From positions 481,524 through 545,523 of the forward strand of contig MEZX01000002.1 in the NCBI GenBank assembly GCA_001774395.1: 64,000 nt of DNA, in the 5' to 3' direction. Under the pieces are notes generated by a model. That model did not search any database. It was given only the letters and a program-made list of their open reading frames with translations, and was not told the origin of the DNA. The stretch is from Candidatus Berkelbacteria bacterium RIFCSPLOWO2_01_FULL_50_28. Its GTDB lineage: Bacteria > Patescibacteriota > UBA1384 > 2-12-FULL-50-11. The position numbers were made by a program, and so were the translations under genes. The first letter of the stretch is position 1. Every line of letters begins with the position of its first letter. Shown here one piece after another: positions 56,538 through 64,000 of the stretch.

Positions 56538-57429
56538 ATGAGCTGGTTTAAGCGAACTGAAGAGCCGAAGTCTACCGTATTGGTCACTGGGTGTGGGTTT
56601 AAGCCTGTTGGTCATGTCTACAAATACAAAAACCAGCCGTCTCACAACCCGATCGAGATTGACGGTGTCGAACACAAAATGAACATCGGTACCGCAACTG
56701 CCTGCCGCCTTGCAAGAGGGGGGGGTGGAAGTCATTATGGTTTCTCGGACCGAAGAAAATCTCGAGAAAATTAAAGCCGGTTTAGTTAAGCTCGGGTGCA
56801 ACCCAGAACTTGTTTCATATATTGCTGCGGACATTACTACTAACGAAGGAACTGACCATTTAGTCAGTTCGCTCCCACAAGATAAAAATATCTATTGGGT
56901 TCAATCTATTGGAATGGGTGGCGGCAGCTACAAAGTGCCAAACGACAATATCTATCTGCCATTTGAACATATTTCACCAGAACTAATTGAGGCGGAGATG
57001 AAGATCGTCACTGCAACACATATGTTGATGCTTAAAATGGTCCCTATTTTTAGAAAACAAATACATGGCGGGTACAAATCTAAAATAGTTGTGGTCACCT
57101 CGATGTCCGGCGAACGTGGCTATCACTTTGGGGCAACACATGTAGCCGCAAAACACGCGATTGTTGGGTACGTAAAAGGAATTGAGAAGGAGCTTCGGGA
57201 TGAAGGTATTGAGATTTACGATGTGCGTCCGGGTGGAGTTGACACCGGAATGTATGACAACCCTCATACAAAAAAAGCTGTTGAGGAGATTGGTCAACGA
57301 GACAAAATGTGGGGAACTTTCGAACCCTACTATGCACACCCACTCTGGGTAGCTGAAGCGATCTACGACGACCTGTTTGGCGGTAATCCCCAGAAAATCA
57401 GAAAGATACTCGGTCCTCACCAGAATTAG
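56538..57429 (+). pseudogene. Short-chain dehydrogenase/reductase with a frameshift in a poly-G(8) tract at 56718-56725.
   Basis: The N-terminal Rossmann segment TVLVTGCGFKPVG...IGTATACRLA is in one frame, and the remainder (EGGVEVIMVSRTEENL..., the catalytic Y-x3-K region) is in another. The two are joined at GAGGGGGGGGTGG. Confidence 0.6.
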
Positions 57430-57531
57430 ATTCGGTGGCCTGGATCTAACGTTTCGCCCACTGCGGAGCTTTTCGGGCCACAGCACCAGAGAGTACTTGG
57501 TGCTGGACTGCGAAAGGCAAAAGGCAACTCT

Positions 57532-57915
57532 CTATCGTTTGGCCCATTGAGGCGCCTTCCTTGCTTTTTTCAGCCCTGGTTTTTTGCGCTCTTTGATGCG
57601 AGCGTCGCGTGTTAAGAATCCTGCTTTTCGCAGTGCTTGCTTGAAGTCTGGGTTTAGCTCAACAAGGGCTCGAGCTGTACCCATAGCAACGGCGTCAACA
57701 GTTGAAGTAAACCCGCCACCTCGAGCTACCACTTCAACATCTAGCTGGCCGCTCTTGCCAACGGTTTCGAAGACACGTTTGAGTTTGAGCGGTTGTTCGC
57801 CTTGTTTGCCGTTAAGTATAAAGCGTCCGTCGCCTGCTAAGACCCTAACCTGGGCAACAGCCGTTTTTCGTCTGCCTACGCCCGTAAAATATTTGTTTCT
57901 AGCCGTTACTGTCAT
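57532..57915 (-). CDS. rpsI: 30S ribosomal protein S9.
   Basis: The C-terminal ...RKAPQWAKR. Confidence 0.9.
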   Translation of the reverse strand: MTVTARNKYFTGVGRRKTAVAQVRVLAGDGRFILNGKQGEQPLKLKRVFETVGKSGQLDVEVVARGGGFTSTVDAVAMGTARALVELNPDFKQALRKAGFLTRDARIKERKKPGLKKARKAPQWAKR

Positions 57916-58270
57916 TTTTAAAGGTTAATCTTTTCATCCAGTGCTGTCGTAGTCGATTCTTCGGTAGCATATTTCTAACCGCCAGTGTAATCACTCTGTC
58001 AGGGTGCTTTTCGAGCATAGTTTCGAGCGTTATCTCTTTCAAATTGCCCGGGTAGCCCGAGTGGCGATAGTAAGTCTTTTGAGCAAGTTTTTTGCCGGTG
58101 ACCTTGATAGCCTTAGCGTTAGCGATAATTACGGCGTCGCCGCAATCTTGGTGGTAAACGAAGCTACTCTTATGTCGGCCTCGCAGGAGTGTGGCGATTT
58201 TTGTCGCAAGGCGACCGAGAATCTGATCGGTAGCATCCAATTTATGTGTTTGACGTTCAATCGTCGTCAT
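57899..58270 (-). CDS. rplM: 50S ribosomal protein L13.
   Basis: Family resemblance. Confidence 0.9.
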   Translation of the reverse strand: MTTIERQTHKLDATDQILGRLATKIATLLRGRHKSSFVYHQDCGDAVIIANAKAIKVTGKKLAQKTYYRHSGYPGNLKEITLETMLEKHPDRVITLAVRNMLPKNRLRQHWMKRLTFKNDSNG

Positions 58271-58671
58271 TTCTTCGCCTTAGTTTTAGCTTCTTTAGTA
58301 GCTGGCGTTTTTGGTGCAACTACGGGCTTGGCGCTCTTCAGTAAGGCAACAACGGCCATTTCCGCCGAATCTCCGCTACGAAAACCAGCCGAAATAGAGC
58401 GTAAATAGTTGCTATCTTCTGGGGAAAAACGAGGCAAGATGTCTTCGAAAAGTTTTTTAACGGCGTTTTTATCTAAAAGTAACTGATGAGCAAGTTTCTG
58501 AGCGTTGAGTCCCCCAACTTTAGTGCGCGTTAGAAAGCGATTAGCGAACGGTAGTAAGGCCTTTGCTTTTGCGCGAGTAGTTGTTATTGCTTCGTACAAC
58601 AGCAGCGAGGTCAGCTGGTTTCGCAACATCGTCTGTTTGTAGTCGCTCTGACTGCGCAGTACTCGCTCCAT
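58267..58671 (-). CDS. rplQ: 50S ribosomal protein L17.
   Basis: Family resemblance. Confidence 0.85.
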   Translation of the reverse strand: MERVLRSQSDYKQTMLRNQLTSLLLYEAITTTRAKAKALLPFANRFLTRTKVGGLNAQKLAHQLLLDKNAVKKLFEDILPRFSPEDSNYLRSISAGFRSGDSAEMAVVALLKSAKPVVAPKTPATKEAKTKAKK

Positions 58672-58680
58672 AGTTGGGCG

Positions 58681-59499
58681 TTAAGCCTTCTTGGCTTTCT
58701 TAGGTGCCTTGGCTTTGTCGGGAGTAGATTTCTTGGTCTTAGGAGCGTCATCAGTAGAATCCACTTCGTCATCCACAACCGAATTGGCGGCAGATTCAGC
58801 TTTTGAAGAAGAATCTCCGGCCAGAACAGAGAAGTGATCAACAAGTATGGCCGCCGACTGTTGCAGGGCAACTTGTGAGCTAATAGAGCCATCGGTCGCT
58901 ATTTCGAAAACCAACTTATCGAAGTTAGTCATTTTTCCAACACGGGTATTCTCGGTGCGGAAGTTGACTTTAATGACAGGCGAGAAAGCAGCGTCCAAGG
59001 AGATAACGCCGATCGGCATCTTTTCCTCTTTACGCATTTCCGTTGAAACGTAACCGCGGCCGCGTTCGACAGTTGCCTCAAGCAATAGCTTCCCATCCTT
59101 CACGAGCTCAGCGATATGCAAGCCTTTGTTTACAATTCTCACTCCGGTTGGACACTTAAAGTCGGCTCCAGTTACTTTTTTTGGTCCTTTAACATCAAGA
59201 ATTATTGTCTGAACATCCTCACCGTCGAACTCAAATCGAAGTTGCTTCAAGTTCAAAATAATATCAACAACGTCCTCAATAACCCCCTTGACGGTTGAGA
59301 ATTCGTGATCCACACCGTCTATTCGAATTGAAGTAATTGCCGCTCCAGGCAAACACGACAAGAGAACCCGACGCAAAGCGTTGCCCATCGTCAGGCCAAA
59401 GCCTGGGCTCAACGGCTCAATAACAAAAACTGCTCCGTCGGCGGCGGTACTCTCTTCCTTCAACTGCATTAGTGAAACTTCTTCTAACTTATAATCCAT
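58681..59499 (-). CDS. rpoA: RNA polymerase alpha subunit. The N-terminal domain is present, a Lys-rich tail follows, and there is no canonical alpha-CTD.
   Basis: NALRRVLLS signature. The protein is 272 aa. Confidence 0.85.
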   Translation of the reverse strand: MDYKLEEVSLMQLKEESTAADGAVFVIEPLSPGFGLTMGNALRRVLLSCLPGAAITSIRIDGVDHEFSTVKGVIEDVVDIILNLKQLRFEFDGEDVQTIILDVKGPKKVTGADFKCPTGVRIVNKGLHIAELVKDGKLLLEATVERGRGYVSTEMRKEEKMPIGVISLDAAFSPVIKVNFRTENTRVGKMTNFDKLVFEIATDGSISSQVALQQSAAILVDHFSVLAGDSSSKAESAANSVVDDEVDSTDDAPKTKKSTPDKAKAPKKAKKA

Positions 59500-59632
59500 T
59501 GTTTATTTGACCTCCAGGTCTTAACATTATAGCGTGCGGCTTCGTCGCGCGCTACATTGTTGACTCATATCAACAATTATATCCTTTTCACTCTTAATTA
59601 TCAAGGTTTACTCGCCACGTCTGTAAGTGAGG

Positions 59633-60118
59633 CTAACGAGAGTAGAACTCAACTATTTTCTGCGTGTCGAATTCAAGAGGTAGCTCCTCTGCGCTCGGGA
59701 AACTTTCCACTGTAACCTTCAGTGTTTTCTTGTCTGTTTTCAGCCAGCTTGTCTGTGAGATGTCTTGTCTCAGATTTAGATCCTTGGCTGACACGGGCTC
59801 AATAACGTCACCAACGGTCACCAGAATTGAGGCAACATTGATGCGACGGCCGTTTAGCTTAAAGTGACGATGCGAAATGAGCTGTCGGGCTTGGGCGCGC
59901 GATTGCACTAAGCCAGCTCGAAAGACAACGTTATCAATTCGGCGTTCCAGCAGGGTCAGCAAGCTGTTGCCAGTTTGGGCCTTATCTTTTGCAGCCTGAT
60001 TGAAATAACGTCGAAACTGTTTTTCTCGTAGTCCGTACGCAATGCGTGCTTTCTGTTTCTCCTGCAGCTGTGTACCGTATTCGGTAACTTTTCGCTTTCT
60101 TGATCCTGTGGGGGCCAT
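59633..60118 (-). CDS. rpsD: 30S ribosomal protein S4, shortened at the N-terminus.
   Basis: KLxEYG...EKQK...S4 domain. Confidence 0.85.
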   Translation of the reverse strand: MAPTGSRKRKVTEYGTQLQEKQKARIAYGLREKQFRRYFNQAAKDKAQTGNSLLTLLERRIDNVVFRAGLVQSRAQARQLISHRHFKLNGRRINVASILVTVGDVIEPVSAKDLNLRQDISQTSWLKTDKKTLKVTVESFPSAEELPLEFDTQKIVEFYSR

Positions 60119-60516
60119 TAAACTCTCCTTGCTTTCTTGGCTCGAGTTCCGTTATGCGGCAACGGAGTGATATCTCTAACGCTTAGTACTTTTATTCCAG
60201 AGCCGATTATTGCCCTCAAGGCCGCGTCTCGACCGTTACCAGCACCGGAAACCGTTACTTCGGCCGTTTCTGGTTTGTAGGGTTCGAGCTTCTCCAGCAA
60301 GAGCTTCATTGCAGTTGTGGCAGCGTATGGGGTTCCTTTTTTGGTTCCCTTAAAGCCTGACTGTCCTGAAGAAGTCCAGGAGATTACTTTGCCGCTCGGC
60401 AGGGCGTTAGCTGTGATGATAGTGTTATTGAAAGAAGACGAAACAGATAAACGGATATTCGGAATTGGCTGAAAAGTCTGCTTTGCCGATGTTTTTGTTG
60501 TTTTTTTGGTTGCCAT
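60118..60516 (-). CDS. rpsK: 30S ribosomal protein S11.
   Basis: Family resemblance. Confidence 0.9.
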   Translation of the reverse strand: MATKKTTKTSAKQTFQPIPNIRLSVSSSFNNTIITANALPSGKVISWTSSGQSGFKGTKKGTPYAATTAMKLLLEKLEPYKPETAEVTVSGAGNGRDAALRAIIGSGIKVLSVRDITPLPHNGTRAKKARRV

Positions 60517-60526
60517 GTTTAAATAG

Positions 60527-60660
60527 TAATCAATGATTAAGCATCAATAACCAAATCTGATTGTTATTCTGGTATTGGTTATTAGGATATTTTTGATTCT
60601 TTCGCAAAGCGAATTCAGAGCGAAGCGACAGATTGGTGATTGGATATAGGTTATTCATAA
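60527..60660. repeat. AT-rich intergenic element F. AATAACC and GGTATTGGTTATT repeats of the E-type.
   Basis: caataaccaaatctgattgttattctggtattggttattagg. Confidence 0.45.
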
Positions 60661-60662
60661 GA

Positions 60663-61055
60663 TTATGTCTTTTCGGCTGACTTCTTACGTCCCGAACCTA
60701 CTGTTACTCTTTTACCCCGTTTTGTCCGGGCATTGGTTTTTGTTCTTTGACCGCGAGCGGGAAGACGTCGTGTGTGACGTGAGCCGCGATAGCTTCCGAT
60801 TTCCTTCAGGCGACGGACGTTTTGGTTTACCTGTTGACGTAAGTCACCTTCAACCGTAAAATCTTTCTCCACAACCTCACGTAGTTTATCTATCTGCTGG
60901 GGTGTTAGTTCACTGAATTTAGGATTGTGCGTCAGCTGTTGGCTCTTCAGTATCTTGGCTGCTAGAGTTGGGCCAATTCCGTAAACATAGCCAAGCCCGA
61001 TAACAAGTCTTTTATTCTCTGGGATGTTGATTCCGGCAATTCTTGGCATCAGCAA
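60663..61055 (-). CDS. rpsM: 30S ribosomal protein S13.
   Basis: MPRIAGINIPENKR... Confidence 0.9.
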   Translation of the reverse strand: MLMPRIAGINIPENKRLVIGLGYVYGIGPTLAAKILKSQQLTHNPKFSELTPQQIDKLREVVEKDFTVEGDLRQQVNQNVRRLKEIGSYRGSRHTRRLPARGQRTKTNARTKRGKRVTVGSGRKKSAEKT

Positions 61056-61068
61056 TTTCCTCCAGAAA

Positions 61069-61178
61069 TTGTAATTTTCAATTTTAAATTTTCAATTTTC
61101 AATAAATTATTAATGTTTGAATTCAAAACTAAATCATTCAACATTGACTCGAAATTTGAAATTCGAAATTTGAAATTC
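61069..61178. repeat. AT-rich intergenic element C. (AATTTTC)x4, then caataaatt, then an inverted (GAAATTY)x4 array.
   Basis: Direct read of the sequence. It is homologous to element B. Confidence 0.7.
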
Positions 61179-61180
61179 AT

Positions 61181-61294
61181 TTAGCCCTGTCTCTGCTTAT
61201 GGCGAGGATTTGAACAGATTACCCTCAATACCCCCTTGCGGCGGATTATTTTGCATTTCAGGCATCTCGGTTTCACTCCAACGTGTACTTTCAT
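61181..61294 (-). CDS. rpmJ: 50S ribosomal protein L36. It is below the ORF-track size cutoff.
   Basis: Manual translation gives [37 protein letters not shown]. Confidence 0.85.
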   Translation of the reverse strand: MKVHVGVKPRCLKCKIIRRKGVLRVICSNPRHKQRQG

Positions 61295-61297
61295 TAT

Positions 61298-61519
61298 TTA
61301 TGTTAGACGGCGGACGATACGACCTTTGGTCAGGTCATAAAGGCTAAACTCTACCGAAACTCGATCCCCCGGGAGTATTTTGATCCTATGCTTGCGAATC
61401 TTGCCAGAAACGTAACCAAGCACAGCCTGCCCGTTGTCGAGCGTTATGCGAAATTGCGTGTTAGGCAAGGATTCATCCACCAAGCCTTCGAGCGCAATTA
61501 CCCCTTCTTTTTCCGACAT
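61298..61519 (-). CDS. infA: Translation initiation factor IF-1.
   Basis: S1-like OB fold, family resemblance. Confidence 0.9.
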   Translation of the reverse strand: MSEKEGVIALEGLVDESLPNTQFRITLDNGQAVLGYVSGKIRKHRIKILPGDRVSVEFSLYDLTKGRIVRRLT

Positions 61520-61546
61520 CTGTTCATAATTCTACTCCAGGGAGGG

Positions 61547-62272
61547 CTACCTAGTCAACACTATCGGCCCCGAGGCACTTATATAGACCGAGTCTTCCCA
61601 ATGAGCGGCCATCACTTTCGGGCTAGCAACGATGCTCCAGTCGTCGTCAGCGATGCTTAATTTTACCGGAGAGGCAGCGACAATCGGCTCGATGGCCAGC
61701 GTCATACCCTCCGTTAGCACGGCTCCAGTGTCTCTTTTACCAAAATTAGGAACATTCGGCGCTTCCTGTAATGTTTTACCAACCCCGTGTCCGGTAAGTT
61801 CGCGAACAACAGAAAAGTTAGCGTCTTCAACAATTTTTTGAATCGCGTTCCCCAGATCCCCTGTTCTTGTCCCGGGCCGACAGAGGCTAATTGCCTTGTC
61901 TAAAGCTCGCTTCGTCGTTTTAATTAGCTGCTGGCTAGAGGTGGTTGCTCGCCCAATCTCGTAGCTACGGGCGCAGTCGACTATCCAACCATCAACCTTT
62001 ACTCCCAAATCAACAGATAAGACATCTCCGTTCCTAAGTGCGTAGTCGAAGGGGATGCCGTGAACGACCGTTGAATTTACTGATAAGCAGCTAGTTGCCG
62101 GATACCCTTTGTAGCCTTTGAAAGCGCTCTCACCGCCAGATGTGGTTATCGCTGCTGCTATCTGATTTTCTATTTCAAGCAAATTCAGACCCGGGCGTAG
62201 ACTGCGGGCGACATCGAGATGAATTCGAGCGGCAATCTTCCCGGCCTTGATTTGGCTGTCCTGCTTAGCCAT
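61547..62272 (-). CDS. map: Methionine aminopeptidase, type I.
   Basis: Family motifs. Confidence 0.9.
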   Translation of the reverse strand: MAKQDSQIKAGKIAARIHLDVARSLRPGLNLLEIENQIAAAITTSGGESAFKGYKGYPATSCLSVNSTVVHGIPFDYALRNGDVLSVDLGVKVDGWIVDCARSYEIGRATTSSQQLIKTTKRALDKAISLCRPGTRTGDLGNAIQKIVEDANFSVVRELTGHGVGKTLQEAPNVPNFGKRDTGAVLTEGMTLAIEPIVAASPVKLSIADDDWSIVASPKVMAAHWEDSVYISASGPIVLTR

Positions 62273-62849
62273 CTAACAAATGAGCAAGAACCGCATTAAT
62301 TTCAGAGGTAACCGCGTCTCGATCTGGTTCGCCATTGATCTTAATGAGCGAAAAGTTCTCTTTGAAATAAGACAATATTGGTTCAGTGCGTTCGTGATAA
62401 ACCCGCAAACGCTTCTCTACGATTTCTGGACGGTCATCGTCACGAACTGTTTCTTTTCCATCAACAACCGACACCCGTTTGCTCAAACGCAGCTTTGCTG
62501 TTTCATCTGAAATTACAATATTGACGCCTACCACTTTCCAGCCATATTTCTCGGCAAGTTGTTTAAGAATTGGACCCTGCGTGATCGTACGAGGAAATCC
62601 GTCAAAAACAAAGCCTGTGGCGCTACTGTTATCCTCAACAAAGCGCTCAACGATAACAGCTATGTTTTCGTCGGTAAGTAAGTTTCCGGTTTTCAAAAAA
62701 TCTCGTAAATGTTCATCTTTTAGCGCCAGCCCCCGTAATATTTCGCCAGATTCAAAACGGGTAAAACCCAAGCGCTTAGCCAATCGTTCGGCCTGAGTAC
62801 TTTTCCCCGAACCTTGCGCTCCTATTACTACGAAAACCTGTTTACTCAT
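62265..62849 (-). CDS. adk: Adenylate kinase.
   Basis: GAQGSGKSTQ P-loop. Confidence 0.9.
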   Translation of the reverse strand: MSKQVFVVIGAQGSGKSTQAERLAKRLGFTRFESGEILRGLALKDEHLRDFLKTGNLLTDENIAVIVERFVEDNSSATGFVFDGFPRTITQGPILKQLAEKYGWKVVGVNIVISDETAKLRLSKRVSVVDGKETVRDDDRPEIVEKRLRVYHERTEPILSYFKENFSLIKINGEPDRDAVTSEINAVLAHLLDG

Positions 62850-63531
62850 TGTCTCTACTCTCAATATACAGGATCGCCCAAATACCTCTGGCGCCTTTTT
62901 CTTTGGGTTGGATTAAGCCAATATTGGTTTTATGGAGGTCCGACTTTACTTGAATGAGGGCCGTCCCCCGGCTTTGGTCCTGTTCCAGAACCGAAAAATC
63001 ATCGCTCTCAGTTACTCCAAAGTAGGTTAAGGCTTCCTTTTTGACGACTTTAACCGGGTCGAGGTAGACGCTCTCGTCTCCGCTTTGGACCGCGCGGTTC
63101 AGTTCGCTTGCTTTACTGCCGTCAACTCTGAACTCCAAACGAAAGTAGTCAGTCTCATTACTCAGTTTGGGAATCGCCAGGCTCGTTCCTTGCTGGATTG
63201 AATTTTCGTTGCTGATGTTATTGGCTCGTTTAATAAGCCTCCAGTCCATCTTCATCTTATTCCCGATCGTGAATAGCCCTTCCAGCGGTTTTACAACATA
63301 AACGTTGGCGGGATAGCTTAAACGGCCGCGTGGTGTGGCCGGGCGAGTTAGCTTGTCAACAATTTTCCCCTGGTCGCTGGAAGTAACGGCTGGGACATCA
63401 GCCAAAAAAGTACTGTCAGCAGTACTGCGCTTTGTCTCGGTGCTTGTTTGGGAACGATAGTAGTAAGTGGCGGCGGCCAGAAATCCTATCAGGACCACCA
63501 GAGTTGCTAAGAACGCGGGCGGAATTTTCAT
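62842..63531 (-). CDS. Membrane-anchored LysM domain protein inserted between adk and secY.
   Basis: LysM motif VYVVKPLEGLFTIGNKMKMDWRLIKRANNIS...IQQGTSLAIP and an N-terminal TM segment. Confidence 0.6.
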   Translation of the reverse strand: MKIPPAFLATLVVLIGFLAAATYYYRSQTSTETKRSTADSTFLADVPAVTSSDQGKIVDKLTRPATPRGRLSYPANVYVVKPLEGLFTIGNKMKMDWRLIKRANNISNENSIQQGTSLAIPKLSNETDYFRLEFRVDGSKASELNRAVQSGDESVYLDPVKVVKKEALTYFGVTESDDFSVLEQDQSRGTALIQVKSDLHKTNIGLIQPKEKGARGIWAILYIESRDNE

Positions 63532-64000
63532 CAGACAATATCGTACTTACGCATTGAGAGCTGTCCGGAGAGCTGACGATTGGTGTCGATGACAACTGAT
63601 ACAACGATGATAATACTTGTACCTCCGATAACCAGGGTCGAGATGTCCACAACATTCTGAACAATTAGCGGCACGACAGAAATCACCCCAAGGAAGAGCG
63701 CTCCAATGGCCGTCAGACGGCTCAAAGTGTAACGAATGAATTCAGCGGTTTCCCTCCCCGGACGAACTCCAGGAATAAAGCCACCTTGTTTCTGTAAGTT
63801 TTCGCTGACTTCTTCAGGGTGAAAGATGATAAACGTGTAGAAGAACGTAAATACAACCACCAACACGAAGTAGACAAGAGCGTAATAGAGATCTTGGCCG
63901 GTAAATGACGTGATGGCGTTCCCGATATTTACTAGGGTCTGGGATTGGGCGGTAGTCAAAAAACGAGCGATTATCGTCGGAAAAGTAATAAAGCTAAGCG
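63531..64000 (-). CDS. secY: Preprotein translocase SecY (C-terminal part). The gene continues beyond the window.
   Basis: The C-terminal TM helices and ...QLSMRKYD. Confidence 0.85.
   Translation of the reverse strand, partial: LSFITFPTIIARFLTTAQSQTLVNIGNAITSFTGQDLYYALVYFVLVVVFTFFYTFIIFHPEEVSENLQKQGGFIPGVRPGRETAEFIRYTLSRLTAIGALFLGVISVVPLIVQNVVDISTLVIGGTSIIIVVSVVIDTNRQLSGQLSMRKYDIV

Overview
This 64 kb window looks like a small, gene-dense bacterial chromosome segment with Candidate Phyla Radiation (CPR)-like traits. The supporting traits are an archaeal-type bifunctional PGI/PMI, a 2,3-BPG-independent phosphoglycerate mutase, a DUF3048 protein, a sortase, rpoA without an alpha-CTD, and short S4 and PheS. 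Most genes sit on the minus strand. Minus-strand housekeeping genes, left to right in window coordinates: a partial class II ribonucleotide reductase (nrdJ), ftsZ-ftsA, ybeY, rpsU, def, cca, an ABC transporter pair, lexA-dinB, clpC, nusA, two glycosyltransferases, mreB, a sortase, tsaC, aspS, pheST, rbfA, and an rpsI-rplM-rplQ-rpoA-rpsD-rpsK-rpsM-rpmJ-infA-map-adk-(LysM protein)-secY block. The plus strand carries a pgi/pmi-eno-gpmI glycolytic trio, leuS, and rpmF-nusB-rnc. There are three tRNAs (Leu-CAA, Ala-CGC, Ala-GGC). Four short, visibly GC-richer islands interrupt this backbone. (1) A tandem pair of paralogous unknown genes lies between nrdJ and ftsZ, each with an identical intrinsic terminator. 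(2) A 707 aa orphan gene is on the opposite strand. (3) A LuxR-type HTH gene, a PlsX-like gene and a small membrane protein form another island. (4) Next to tRNA genes sits a compact stand-alone reverse transcriptase with a ~330 bp structured non-coding leader and a convergent TrpF-like TIM-barrel gene. Island (4) is the best candidate for an undescribed retron- or defence-RT-like system. Other notable signals are a family of ~110-150 bp AT-rich intergenic elements built from phased 7 bp repeat arrays in front of ftsA, nusA, rpsM, dinB and others; a predicted SOS regulon with a direct-repeat LexA box; a NUDIX-like domain inserted into LeuS; an in-frame TGA in a CYTH gene; a poly-G frameshift in an SDR gene; a tandem duplication of the eno 5' end that creates a uORF; and a duplicated tRNA-Ala 3' end.
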